Notes under the pieces: model-generated
The model's database searches: none
What the model was told of the DNA's origin: nothing
Seen by the model: the letters and a program-made list of their open reading frames with translations, nothing else
Shown: positions 9,630 through 19,194 of the stretch, in pieces
Position numbering within the stretch: position 1 is the first letter of the stretch
Layout of the letters: every line of letters starts with the position of its first letter
Made by a program: the position numbers and the translations under genes
NCBI GenBank assembly: GCA_963835575.1
Contig: CAWIGG010000002.1
Coordinates: forward strand, 800,001 to 864,000
Direction of reading: 5' to 3'
DNA length: 64,000 nucleotides
Source: an uncultured Spirochaetota bacterium
Lineage (GTDB): Bacteria; Spirochaetota; Brevinematia; Brevinematales; JAOACQ01

Positions 9630-10450
9630 TTGTAAATCCCCACAAATGTGGGTAATACGATGACGGGCTTCGAACATCGGCAATTCCTCCGGTTCATCCC
9701 CATGCGTATGGGGAATACGAAAGTCCGGTGCTGCAATCGTAGGTAATTTCCGGTTCATCCCCATGCGTATGGGGAATACGAGCTTGTTGCCTTCAGCATA
9801 GAGTTTGCTGCCGGTTCATCCCCATGCGTATGGGGAATACTAACATAAACATCAATATGATTTGTCGTCGAACGGTTCATCCCCATGCGTATGGGGAATA
9901 CCACCGGACTTTCTTATGTTTTCGGGATTTTAGCGGTTCATCCCCATGCGTATGGGGAATACCACCGGACTTTCTTATGTTTTCGGGATTTTAGCGGTTC
10001 ATCCCCATGCGTATGGGGAATACTTGTTGCTTTCCGCCAGAACGAGTTCCATCGCCGGTTCATCCCCATGCGTATGGGGAATACTATTCCAACTATGGTG
10101 TCGAATGCATACGCTGCGGTTCATCCCCATGCGTATGGGGAATACAACCGGGCAGCATAAATTTGTTTGGAGAAATTCGGTTCATCCCCATGCGTATGGG
10201 GAATACTCCAGGAACCCCGGGAACTCTTTTCCATCTAACGGTTCATCCCCATGCGTATGGGGAATACGGTTGACGGAAGGGCTTTCAATGCTTTGCTTGC
10301 GGTTCATCCCCATGCGTATGGGGAATACAGCTGGTGCAAGTTCTTCCAATAGAATGATTACGGTTCATCCCCATGCGTATGGGGAATACAAATATTGCGA
10401 GATATAAATTGAAGCATATTACGGTTCATCCCCATGCGTATGGGGAATAC
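9630..10450 (-). CRISPR. Type I-E CRISPR array: 13 identical 29-bp repeats (GTATTCCCCATACGCATGGGGATGAACCG on minus strand) plus one degenerate trailer repeat; 13 spacers (12 x 32 bp, 1 x 31 bp)
   Basis: Perfect repeats start at 9690, 9751, 9812, 9873, 9934, 9995, 10056, 10117, 10178, 10239, 10300, 10361, 10422 (61-bp period); degenerate repeat 9630-9658; CCCCAT/ATGGGG stem; directly downstream of cas2. Confidence 0.98.
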
Positions 10451-10478
10451 TGTATAGTTTGCTTTATTTAACAAAAAA

Positions 10479-10757
10479 CTATTTATCTACAGGTTTACTC
10501 AACAATGTAATGCCGTCAAAATCAACCGCCGTTCTTGAAGGATCGCCATTCACCAAAATCTTGAAAGACTGCTCGGCATTTGTGGAATACAGCATAATCG
10601 CGTTCAACTTCCAATCCTCCACGATTTTTCTCCAGAGCTTTTCCCTGATCCTCGCTCCGATATCAGCCACAAACACACCTGATTTAAGCTCCAATGCTAA
10701 GCGCGACATCTCGCCTTTCTGAGACGGCTTCGAATTCTCCATCATAATCACGACCAT
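10479..10757 (-). CDS. cas2: Type I-E Cas2
   Basis: 92 aa; MVVIMME, ELKSGVFV, ARIREKLW, EQSF, VDFDGITL; between cas1 and the array. Confidence 0.95.
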   Translation of the reverse strand: MVVIMMENSKPSQKGEMSRLALELKSGVFVADIGARIREKLWRKIVEDWKLNAIMLYSTNAEQSFKILVNGDPSRTAVDFDGITLLSKPVDK

Positions 10758-11577
10758 ATATCAATTCCTTCAGGTCGGGAATAATTCGCTGCATGATCCT
10801 GTTTTTCCTGAACGCGTCCCGGCACCGATACCGGACTTCCCTTTCCAGATGCTCAGGGTTATCCTTGACTGTCTGAAAAGCTATAGGAACAGTGACATCC
10901 GTCTTATAAAGATCGGCAATGTCATAAACAAAAGATAACTGCTTGCCGGTATGAACAAAACCGATGGCAGGGGACATGCCGCACGCCAGAACCGCCGCAT
11001 GAGTTATCCCGTAAAGACAGGAATTCGCTGAAGATAGGGCCCTGTTCAACGGGTCGCCGTAATCCCAGTGCTCCTGATTGTAATTCCTGCCTTTCCATTC
11101 AATTCCGTATTCCTCAGACAGCAAGTTGTAGCTTTTACGCACGCGGGCGCCTTCCATTCCCCTGAGCTGTTCGATGCTTTCGCTTCCTGTCAATTCATTC
11201 CCTCCGAAGCGTTTCCTGTACATTTCACGTACTATTTTCTCACGCGCCGCTTTGTCCGCCCATAGTTCCGCTTGCTTAAGCAGATTTCTTGAAGAATAAG
11301 TTCCCGGGCATCCGTATGAATAAAGCCTGACCCCCATCTCGCCTGTCCAGGCCACCAGGCATCGGCTTTCCGACAGGCATTTTACGGCCTCGTGAGTTAT
11401 GGAAGTCCCCGGCCCGAGCATCAAAACGCAGAGGGTTTCGACCGGAATAGGTATCACCTTGTCAAGATAATGAAACCCTATGGATTTTTGATATTGGTCG
11501 ATCAAGCCCTTTTCAAAATACAGATAACTCCATTCGTCCTCAAACTTCGGCAATTCCTGCAAATCCCGATTTTTCAT
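10684..11577 (-). CDS. cas1: Type I-E Cas1 (likely start MKNRDL at 11577)
   Basis: LMLGPGTSITHEA, QLRGMEGARV, NRALSSANSCLYG, GFVHTG, SFVYDIADLYK; GGAGG RBS before 11577. Confidence 0.97.
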   Translation of the reverse strand: MKNRDLQELPKFEDEWSYLYFEKGLIDQYQKSIGFHYLDKVIPIPVETLCVLMLGPGTSITHEAVKCLSESRCLVAWTGEMGVRLYSYGCPGTYSSRNLLKQAELWADKAAREKIVREMYRKRFGGNELTGSESIEQLRGMEGARVRKSYNLLSEEYGIEWKGRNYNQEHWDYGDPLNRALSSANSCLYGITHAAVLACGMSPAIGFVHTGKQLSFVYDIADLYKTDVTVPIAFQTVKDNPEHLEREVRYRCRDAFRKNRIMQRIIPDLKELIYGRDYDGEFEAVSERRDVALSIGA

Positions 11578-11709
11578 AAACTGCCTCCTTCCTTGGGAAA
11601 TTTCCCCCTCCCAATAAAGAAAGCTGACTATATGATTATCGGTTTGCGCCACTACAGAATATTCGCCTAATAGTAAAGAAAATATTCTGATAAAACAATT
11701 TATCTATCT

Positions 11710-12435
11710 TTATATTTTACGAACCATCAACATTCCAGAGCCGAAAGAACGCGAGTGGCCGATACCTTCAAACAAAACCTGCTTAAATCTTTCAGGGTCT
11801 TTAACAATTAGAATACCAGAGAGTTCAACACTATTAAACCGGATTTCATTTCCTCCTTTTTTACGCAATAAGTTTTGCCGATGTGCGGAAACTTCAATCT
11901 TTCTGTTTTCGCCTTCATTAACCGCAATCTGAAACCCTGATGCTTCTCCCTTTTTGACCATCCATTCTATTACCGCTTCTTCCATCCTTCGTTTGATTTC
12001 TTTGCGGTCAGTAATACCTTCTTTCTGAGCCCTAAATTTTGCATCCATTTGCACATCATGCTTAGAGGAATTCTCTTTTCCCTCAATTTTACGCGCAACT
12101 ATGGGATTTACTCTTATATTAAAAACCAACTTCATTCCTGATTTAAGTTTTGGATTATACTCCTTGGTTTCAACCCTCAAAAGACCGTTAACCGGAACCG
12201 GTTTTTTCTTCGATAAGACATAAAAAATAGGCATACCGCGTCTCGAATCGACAAATGGCATTTGCTCTTTTTCGAATTCCTGCCGGTAAAGAAATTCACG
12301 TCCGGAGTCGGGTTGATCGGGGAAAAGTTTCCAGATCAATTGATGTATGGCATAAATATCATTATTAAGCACTTTTATCAGATTCATATTAGCCTGAACC
12401 CCGCTCTCAATTCTAACCCTTGAGAAATACATCAT
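11710..12435 (-). CDS. cas6e: Cas6e (Cse3/CasE)
   Basis: YAIHQLIW, FNIRVNP, C-terminal GIGHSRSFGSGML glycine-rich loop. Confidence 0.95.
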   Translation of the reverse strand: MMYFSRVRIESGVQANMNLIKVLNNDIYAIHQLIWKLFPDQPDSGREFLYRQEFEKEQMPFVDSRRGMPIFYVLSKKKPVPVNGLLRVETKEYNPKLKSGMKLVFNIRVNPIVARKIEGKENSSKHDVQMDAKFRAQKEGITDRKEIKRRMEEAVIEWMVKKGEASGFQIAVNEGENRKIEVSAHRQNLLRKKGGNEIRFNSVELSGILIVKDPERFKQVLFEGIGHSRSFGSGMLMVRKI

Positions 12436-13175
12436 GATTCACCTCCCGCCGTCATAGAGTGTTCTTTTCGGGGAGAAAACTGCCAGCGTCTGCGGTTTAG
12501 TGGTTCGTCAAAACGTTCGGTAGTCATTTGAGGCTGCATATCACCGGCTTCACCTTCCCATAAATAACGCGGATTTACAAATTCTATGTATCTTCCGGTA
12601 ATATCTTCATCTGAGTAATTTGTAACAAGCGGAGGAAATGACGCACCGTCCAGAGCGCCGCGAAATCCTGCGGATTCAATAATCTGCGGTTTGAGCGGTA
12701 CCGCCGGAGGACAGGATTTTCTCCCCAGATATATTACAAATTCCGGATAATTTAACTTTTGTTGCAGTTTTTCCAGGGAATAAGGTGCAACTTTTCTTGA
12801 ACGTAACGCAACTATGGACAGAGCGTCACAACGGTATTCCCGGCTGGTTAAAATAGTCCCTAATCGGTCTTTGCCAACCACTATTTCATCACGACGAGTC
12901 ATATAATGATATTTCCCGGTGCTATCCGGGACCTGTACCGTATGATAATCTTTAAGTAGTGTGCCGGGACTAAATACCTTTACCGAGACATCATAACCGA
13001 GAAACAGTGCTGTCAGTTTATCTGTTTCATCCCTTCTGATTCCCAGGGCTGCAGAAACCAATCCAAGAATTGCAGAACGGCTCGGATAAGATGAGCTTCT
13101 CCTGACCTCTCCGACAGCGATTTCACCCCAGGCGGCCAGAGGCCCGTAAAGTCTGAAAACAAGGAATTTCTCCAT
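12432..13175 (-). CDS. cas5e: Cas5 (CasD), type I-E
   Basis: LYGPLAAWG, PSRSAILGLVSAALGIRR, DYHTV, REY, YLGRKSCP. Confidence 0.96.
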   Translation of the reverse strand: MEKFLVFRLYGPLAAWGEIAVGEVRRSSSYPSRSAILGLVSAALGIRRDETDKLTALFLGYDVSVKVFSPGTLLKDYHTVQVPDSTGKYHYMTRRDEIVVGKDRLGTILTSREYRCDALSIVALRSRKVAPYSLEKLQQKLNYPEFVIYLGRKSCPPAVPLKPQIIESAGFRGALDGASFPPLVTNYSDEDITGRYIEFVNPRYLWEGEAGDMQPQMTTERFDEPLNRRRWQFSPRKEHSMTAGGES

Positions 13176-13178
13176 AAG

Positions 13179-14240
13179 TTACTCCTGAATAAATTTAATC
13201 AAATCAGCCGCGGAGCCTTTACCTTCAAAAGCGTTTAAAGTCTTTCTTTCTACTCCTTTAATATCATAAACTTTATCCATTTTTGCATATGTTGTTTCAA
13301 GCGCACTTACAGCATCTTCTCCAATATTATCCCCCTTAATCGGCTTGAGAAACGCGACAGAAAGTGAACGTGGCTGTTCATCACCTTTTTCCAAGAGTAC
13401 ATAAGATGCCCAAGCGCGGCTGGCATAGCTGTTCTGTTTGCCCTCGGGAGCAATCTTCACGGCTGATTCCAGTAAAGCGGCAAGTGTTTTATTAGCCAGA
13501 GTTTTATCATCCCCGAGATTTTGTATCAAAAGTTCCCGGTCAATACAGATATAGCTGTAGAAAAGGGCAGATGCGAAACCGCTTTCACCGATATGCGCCG
13601 CACCCATATCGTCTTTACCATTGTTAAGATCATCCACAGCGGTAAAATAATCATCTTCAATGACAACCGGATGAACGCTTATGGGGTGTGATACCTGGCA
13701 GGCGGCTTCCACATTATAGGCCGGACTGGAAGCCAGCATACGACCAAAAAGAGCGATATCGACAGCCGTTTCAGGATGGCGTAATAGTTGCAGTTCCGTC
13801 TCATTTGGCACCCGGTTTTCTTTAATCAGTCTGTCTGCCAATTTATAAACAGCTTCTATTTCTTCCGGTGAAATGTGCGCCAATTGCTCAATTTCAAGTT
13901 CTTCGTGTTTTTCAGGCTGTTTCTTGTTCTCACCTTTGAGTTTGCCAAATACACCTGCTATCGATTGCGCCCATTCTTTCGCGCTTTTTTCTTTAATTTC
14001 CCCTTTTATCAACCTTTCATATATTTTATGCCCAAGCTCTTTGGTTCTAGTTCCAATATGTCCGCTCATAGCCGATTTAAACAAATCAGAGGTTCTCCAG
14101 GCTCTTTTGATGCTCTGAGAAGAAATCCGAAGTCGATCAACTCCGCCCATTTTCGCTGTCTTCGGCCGGCCCATGTCGTCTCGGTTCAAATTTGCTGGTG
14201 GATATGATGTCAGGGTATGAATCTGAATAAACTTACTCAT
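13179..14240 (-). CDS. cas7e: Cas7 (Cse4/CasC)
   Basis: PANLNRDDMGRPK, RISSQSIKRAWR, DIALFGRM, DYFTAVDDL, GKQNSYA. Confidence 0.97.
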   Translation of the reverse strand: MSKFIQIHTLTSYPPANLNRDDMGRPKTAKMGGVDRLRISSQSIKRAWRTSDLFKSAMSGHIGTRTKELGHKIYERLIKGEIKEKSAKEWAQSIAGVFGKLKGENKKQPEKHEELEIEQLAHISPEEIEAVYKLADRLIKENRVPNETELQLLRHPETAVDIALFGRMLASSPAYNVEAACQVSHPISVHPVVIEDDYFTAVDDLNNGKDDMGAAHIGESGFASALFYSYICIDRELLIQNLGDDKTLANKTLAALLESAVKIAPEGKQNSYASRAWASYVLLEKGDEQPRSLSVAFLKPIKGDNIGEDAVSALETTYAKMDKVYDIKGVERKTLNAFEGKGSAADLIKFIQE

Positions 14241-14270
14241 AAAAAATTCTCCTTTTAATTTTATTTTTCG

Positions 14271-14807
14271 TTATCTCGGAAGGTGTTGAAAATAATCCAG
14301 TCCCCATCGTATTAAAATCCTGTTACGCGGATTATTTTCCTCTTCACCATTTTCCCTTTCTTTGTACCAGTGAAGAATGCTGTCAGCGACAGAAACAGGG
14401 TCTGCTTTCTCACGCAAAAGGTGTATTGCCCTAATCATACGGATATATAGTTCATCCAATGTATGGCTTTTCTGGAGCTGAGCGAAACGAAGTTCACTCA
14501 ATGCCGGTTTATCTTTACCTTCTGGCGATGCTGCGCAGGATGCCGTAAAAGACTTTTCATCGATATACTTAATATGCGACACAATACCGGCCGCCGCCGC
14601 AAGTCCGAGTAAATTCCGTTCCTGAGTCCAGTATCCAGCTAGTTCATAATAGAGATAGCGGAAACCATGGCATAACAGAACATCTGCCGGGTTTTCCGAG
14701 CGTCGAAGTTCCGCCCTCCAGCCGGAATTTTCCTGAAGCTTCCCCCACCATGACTTCATTTTTTCCGGGTCTTCTTTGTTTCTGAACCCGTAATAATATT
14801 GGCTCAT
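14271..14807 (-). CDS. cse2: Cas11 (Cse2/CasB)
   Basis: RAELRR, LSELRFAQL, C-terminal W..DY; lies between cas8e and cas7. Confidence 0.92.
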   Translation of the reverse strand: MSQYYYGFRNKEDPEKMKSWWGKLQENSGWRAELRRSENPADVLLCHGFRYLYYELAGYWTQERNLLGLAAAAGIVSHIKYIDEKSFTASCAASPEGKDKPALSELRFAQLQKSHTLDELYIRMIRAIHLLREKADPVSVADSILHWYKERENGEEENNPRNRILIRWGLDYFQHLPR

Positions 14808-16375
14808 ACACCCTCCTGATTTAAGATTTGTAATGATTTCGTTTTAGGACTATTTAAAATACTGGTCAACGTTTTTGCGGCTTCGGCAACCCGCTTCATA
14901 TTCCTGGGTTCATCAGTTTCCTGCAAAGCAAACCGGTCGAAAATTCTTTCTACAGCTTTGATGATGATAGAACGCCATTCTTTTAAGATTGTAAAAGTAG
15001 GTTGGTTTCCTTCTATGCTTTTGCTTAGCTCATCGGTTATGGCATAAAAATCGGATTCTGTTTCTTCCCAGAAAGCGGAACGGATAAAAGATATATCGCC
15101 CTTTTTGTCACCGGGCCTATCAAACAAGGCTGATTTAACTTGATCTTGGAGTAATTTTGACATTTCATCGGCGGCGGTGATTATTTTTTGAACCTCTTCG
15201 ACAAATCGCTCTTTTTTATCTTCACTGATATTCAACAAGGGCATAGTCTGGTCGTACCAGCAACGGGCTTTCATATTATCCATATCATAACCAAAGCACC
15301 ATATTCTATTTTGCCCAGAATTACTTATTTTATATACCTTATGCGTAATAAAAGATTTTACAATTGCGGCTGCCTTCTCATTTTCCGATCCACCTAAAGT
15401 CAAAGAAAGCCAATCAGGATAAGAAAATCCTCCTTGTTTACCTTTGATTGCAATAAGGCTTGTACTTCCATCTTTTTCTTTCTGTTGTCTATAGGGGCTA
15501 AGAGTATGCTGCCAAATTGAAGAATAGCTTATACCATAGTTAATAGCTTTGAATTCTACCCAAACAGAACCAGTGCTTCCACAAATGCTACATGTTTTAG
15601 ATTCTATTTTTTTCAATAATCGAATACGGCGAGGCATGCCCCAATACATTTGTAATTCATTGACATCTGAAGGATTAGTTTGTATATCATTTTTACTTTC
15701 GCGAGTCAAAGCCATCCATGGAAAAATATTAAAAGGTGCGTTTTGGACTGGTTCTCCGAATTTTTCTTCTTTAGTCAAAATATTCAACCAAACCATTTTC
15801 CACAAAGAATCTTCTGAAGCCTCATTAATTATCAGTGTAGTTAAAGGACCACCACCCCTCATACCCGTTCTATGACCCTGACCACCTGATGGTGCATTAA
15901 TCTGTAAGGTGCTTAATGCCGTAGTCACACACCTATCACAAAGACATTCAACGACATCCCTTTTTACAAAATGATCTAAATTATTTTTTACAGTATTTGC
16001 CCCCGGTGAATCAATAAGAAGAGATCGTATATTTGAAACTTCTGCTTTTTCAGGAAGATTAAAATCCTGCATAAACGCCGGGCCATGCTCATTCACCAGT
16101 TCAAAAGCTTCTACGAATTTACTAAAAACCCCTCTCAATTCTTCACATGAAGGTGTTTTATCCCACCTATCTTTCCATTCCTTGTCATCTTCGGGAGCGT
16201 AAGCGGTTTGAACAAGTCCAATCATAAACTGGTAAAGCGCCCCTCGGAAATCCGGACGCGGCGCGGTAATTTCAGTAACAGGATTATCCGAAAGCCCAAT
16301 TTCCCAGGGAGCAATAACACATTCTGTTCCATCCGCACGTTTTACCGGAATCCACCGGTCTTTAATTAAATTCAT
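14804..16375 (-). CDS. cas8e: Cas8e (Cse1/CasA)
   Basis: MNLIKDRWIPV, LQINAPSGGQGHRTGMRGGGPLTT, WGMPRRIRL, CxxC, GYDMDNMKARCW. Confidence 0.95.
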   Translation of the reverse strand: MNLIKDRWIPVKRADGTECVIAPWEIGLSDNPVTEITAPRPDFRGALYQFMIGLVQTAYAPEDDKEWKDRWDKTPSCEELRGVFSKFVEAFELVNEHGPAFMQDFNLPEKAEVSNIRSLLIDSPGANTVKNNLDHFVKRDVVECLCDRCVTTALSTLQINAPSGGQGHRTGMRGGGPLTTLIINEASEDSLWKMVWLNILTKEEKFGEPVQNAPFNIFPWMALTRESKNDIQTNPSDVNELQMYWGMPRRIRLLKKIESKTCSICGSTGSVWVEFKAINYGISYSSIWQHTLSPYRQQKEKDGSTSLIAIKGKQGGFSYPDWLSLTLGGSENEKAAAIVKSFITHKVYKISNSGQNRIWCFGYDMDNMKARCWYDQTMPLLNISEDKKERFVEEVQKIITAADEMSKLLQDQVKSALFDRPGDKKGDISFIRSAFWEETESDFYAITDELSKSIEGNQPTFTILKEWRSIIIKAVERIFDRFALQETDEPRNMKRVAEAAKTLTSILNSPKTKSLQILNQEGV

Positions 16376-19117
16376 TCAAGCCTCCTCATTTAACTCCGCA
16401 CCCCACCCAAGTCGCGGATCATAATATTCCGATATCGGTTTATTACCAGAAAGTGCTTCGCTTGACCTGCAATTAACCAAAACGATTTCACTATATTTCA
16501 GTCTCGAAATTTCAGATTTTAATTTCTTTTCTAATTTTAAATAATCCGCAGACAGTTCATAATTAATTTTCTTCCAATTACACAAAGAAACAGAAAGAGT
16601 ACTCCAGTCCCAAGCATTATTTTCGACTTCCGCATAAGGAATCAGCTTGCCATTCTGGATAACAGCCAGGGCTATTTCCTGATTTTCTTCCATTAAACGG
16701 GTGCTTTTTTCTTCCTCTTCGCCCCAATCACTCAGTTTATCCGCATCCCAGCAATAACCCTTTTCAAGAATAATAGCACTCAAATCTCCCTGGGCCTCTT
16801 TTTTCCTGTCTGCACCCTCCGCCCTTGACACTTTTTCTTTCAGACCCTCCGGCAATTCCTGAGAATTATTCTCATCATAAACATTTTCAATTAAATCCCT
16901 TGCTTCCTCCGGCATCTTCCAACCCTTTTTCCCTTCCAATAATCTCTGCGTTCTCCAGAGAATCCCAACATTTTGATAAACAGATGATGTGCCTTTAAAA
17001 TCACCCGACAGCCAATTTTTATCAGCGTTATCGTTAAATACAGGACAGAACAAATAAATAACGGGAACCCCTCTTTCATCAACTGCATTGTCTTCAAGTC
17101 TGTTACCCTCTTTATCCCTGACATGCCGGCGAAGGCGCCCGGCTCTTTGAATCAATAAATCAATAGGGGCAAGGTCGGAAAACATAGCATCAAAGTCAAG
17201 ATCTAAAGACTGTTCCACAACCTGAGTTGCAATCAATATTCGGCCTTTTCGTTTATCTTTGCCGCTCATTATTCCAAAATTGTCAATAGTCGCCTTTTCA
17301 ATTCTTGCCCGATCGATCATAGCAAACCGGCTATGGAAAAGATCAATATTTTCACACTCAATACCAGACATGTTTCTTAAATCAAAATAGGCTTTTCTGG
17401 CATCCTTGACGGTATTGCGCACCCAGCAGACACATTCTTCCTTCTCGGCTTTCTTAATGATTTCAGCCAACACATCGGAATAATTGTAAGTAAATTTCAC
17501 ATCAACTTCCCTTTTCAACTTTTTACTGGTTTGGACAATATCAATCTTTAAAACATCTTTAGCTACTTGAGTTATTGAAGGAAAAGCTTTTTCACCGGAG
17601 TATTCTGTCACATCATCCTGATTCCCCAAACCTCTTCGGAACGCCTTTAAAATATCCCTTTTTTTCTTCAGTGGAATCGTCGCGGAAAGTAGTATTGCCG
17701 TACCTCCACTCCGTGCATGCGCTTCTAATAAAGTTTCTAATAAATGACCCATATAAGGGTCATACGCATGAACCTCATCTACAACAAGTACTTTTCTTTG
17801 CATTCCCAATAACCGAAGGGATTGATGTCTCACCGGTAAAATACCAATCAGAGCCTGATCGATAGTGCCTACCCCCACATCCGCCAGCAGGGCTTTTTTC
17901 CGATTGTCCGTAAACCATTCATTACAATAAGCACTTGCTGTTTCCTCAACATTTCCATAAGATTGATCCTCTTTTTGCAACAGCTTTATGAACACATCAT
18001 ATAAATGGCTTGATCCATGAGATAATATAATCGAAGGTTTTGAATTATCTGTATAAAGTTTGTAATAAGCTTGTTTCATTCTATTAAACATAGCGTTTGC
18101 CGTCGCCATTGTGGGCAACCCGATATAAAGCCCGTCCGCTTCCCCGGCAGCCATAATACGGGCGGCCAGTACCATAGCGGCTTCTGTTTTCCCCGCCCCG
18201 GTAACATCTTCTATTATGAATAACTTAGGTCCCGTACTTAAAGGTGTGATTTCAGCCAAAGACTGAAGAGGTGTCGGACGATGAATAAAAGGGAACATAG
18301 ATGAAATATCGCTGTATTTACTTGCTTTCCCCACGTTCCACCGGATTTTATCTAAAGCTATGCTCGCCTGTGATAAAGCCCTATTATTCCAATAATCTTT
18401 TAACTCTACTATATCAGATAGGTAAGGAAAATATTCTTGATTAGAACCAACCCAGTCCGCCAGAATACCAAGCCCGGCTATCTGCCAAGATAGTTCTTTT
18501 AATATTTTTTTAGGAATAATGTAATTTTCAGGAAACTCAGGAATTATACCCAAAAGATCAAAACAGGAATTTATAAAACTTTGGGCAGCTTTAACATCAT
18601 TATCATCAAAAAAAGAAGATACATATAATGGTGTATTTCCTCCTCTGCTAGACTCAAGCGGCGGAATTCCATGGTGACCAAATGCCGCTTTAATAATATA
18701 GTCAGCAATCTGCATCAAGATATTGTTTTTTGAATCGAATAAATATTTTATAGAATTTTCATTTCTATTCGGATCACCGCGCCAAAGAAGAAAACCAAGA
18801 GTATCATGCCTCTCTTCATAAATTTTAATTTTATGTAAAGGAAACAGAATACAATATAAACCAGGCACTAAGGATTGAAAGGTTTTTGAAAATTTTCCAA
18901 GGTCGTGAATGATCATAATCAATGTAATAACATAACGAACCGTTTTTCCAGGAAAGGATAGTTTTTGAGCTATATCCTTGCATCTCCGGGATTCCGGATC
19001 AAGCAACAGCCAAGTTACAGCGGCTACATCTAAGCAGTGGTATGGCAAAAGATGGTAAGAAAACTCTTTATCTCCTTTTTTGGTTGATTTTCCCCAGTAG
19101 AAATAATAATCTTTCAT
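16376..19117 (-). CDS. cas3: Cas3 HD nuclease / SF2 helicase
   Basis: YHCLDVA, HDLGK, GHHG, ADWVGS; TGAGKTE, DEVH, LSAT, ATQVVEQSLDLDFD, QRAGRL; all motifs appear intact. Confidence 0.97.
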   Translation of the reverse strand: MKDYYFYWGKSTKKGDKEFSYHLLPYHCLDVAAVTWLLLDPESRRCKDIAQKLSFPGKTVRYVITLIMIIHDLGKFSKTFQSLVPGLYCILFPLHKIKIYEERHDTLGFLLWRGDPNRNENSIKYLFDSKNNILMQIADYIIKAAFGHHGIPPLESSRGGNTPLYVSSFFDDNDVKAAQSFINSCFDLLGIIPEFPENYIIPKKILKELSWQIAGLGILADWVGSNQEYFPYLSDIVELKDYWNNRALSQASIALDKIRWNVGKASKYSDISSMFPFIHRPTPLQSLAEITPLSTGPKLFIIEDVTGAGKTEAAMVLAARIMAAGEADGLYIGLPTMATANAMFNRMKQAYYKLYTDNSKPSIILSHGSSHLYDVFIKLLQKEDQSYGNVEETASAYCNEWFTDNRKKALLADVGVGTIDQALIGILPVRHQSLRLLGMQRKVLVVDEVHAYDPYMGHLLETLLEAHARSGGTAILLSATIPLKKKRDILKAFRRGLGNQDDVTEYSGEKAFPSITQVAKDVLKIDIVQTSKKLKREVDVKFTYNYSDVLAEIIKKAEKEECVCWVRNTVKDARKAYFDLRNMSGIECENIDLFHSRFAMIDRARIEKATIDNFGIMSGKDKRKGRILIATQVVEQSLDLDFDAMFSDLAPIDLLIQRAGRLRRHVRDKEGNRLEDNAVDERGVPVIYLFCPVFNDNADKNWLSGDFKGTSSVYQNVGILWRTQRLLEGKKGWKMPEEARDLIENVYDENNSQELPEGLKEKVSRAEGADRKKEAQGDLSAIILEKGYCWDADKLSDWGEEEEKSTRLMEENQEIALAVIQNGKLIPYAEVENNAWDWSTLSVSLCNWKKINYELSADYLKLEKKLKSEISRLKYSEIVLVNCRSSEALSGNKPISEYYDPRLGWGAELNEEA

Positions 19118-19194
19118 TTTCTTACATCCAATGACAATTTACTAAAACCCATAAAACTTACTTATGCCCACTTAATCCTTCCTATCACCCTTCC

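Noticed and set aside
10146..10177. 6-nt overlap (GAAATT) that would extend the spacer contig to PGSINLFGEITYDCSTG...
   Set aside because: Six bases is chance level and the implied PAMs (GGA, GGT) do not fit a type I-E PAM ending in G; worth rechecking only if the target is found.
9567..10407. ORFs 9567..9764, 9885..10160, 9946..10407 and 10007..10273
   Set aside because: Translations of CRISPR repeats (recurring VHPHAYGEY, GSSPCVWGI, RFIPMRMGN).
9719..10421. Full-length self-targeting spacers
   Set aside because: No full match seen in this window by eye; not exhaustive, and the rest of the genome is unseen.
11578..11709. Possible CreR-like mini-array between cas6e and cas1 (minus strand ...GCAAACCG plus hairpins)
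   Set aside because: Similarity to the repeat is limited to a few bases and the would-be spacer has no visible match to the cas3 promoter.
10479..19117. Unusual Cas fusions (HNH-Cas5/Cas8, Cas2-DEDDh, RT-Cas1) or Tn7-like CAST genes
   Set aside because: Lengths and motifs are canonical, Cas3 is intact, and no tns/tniQ genes are present.
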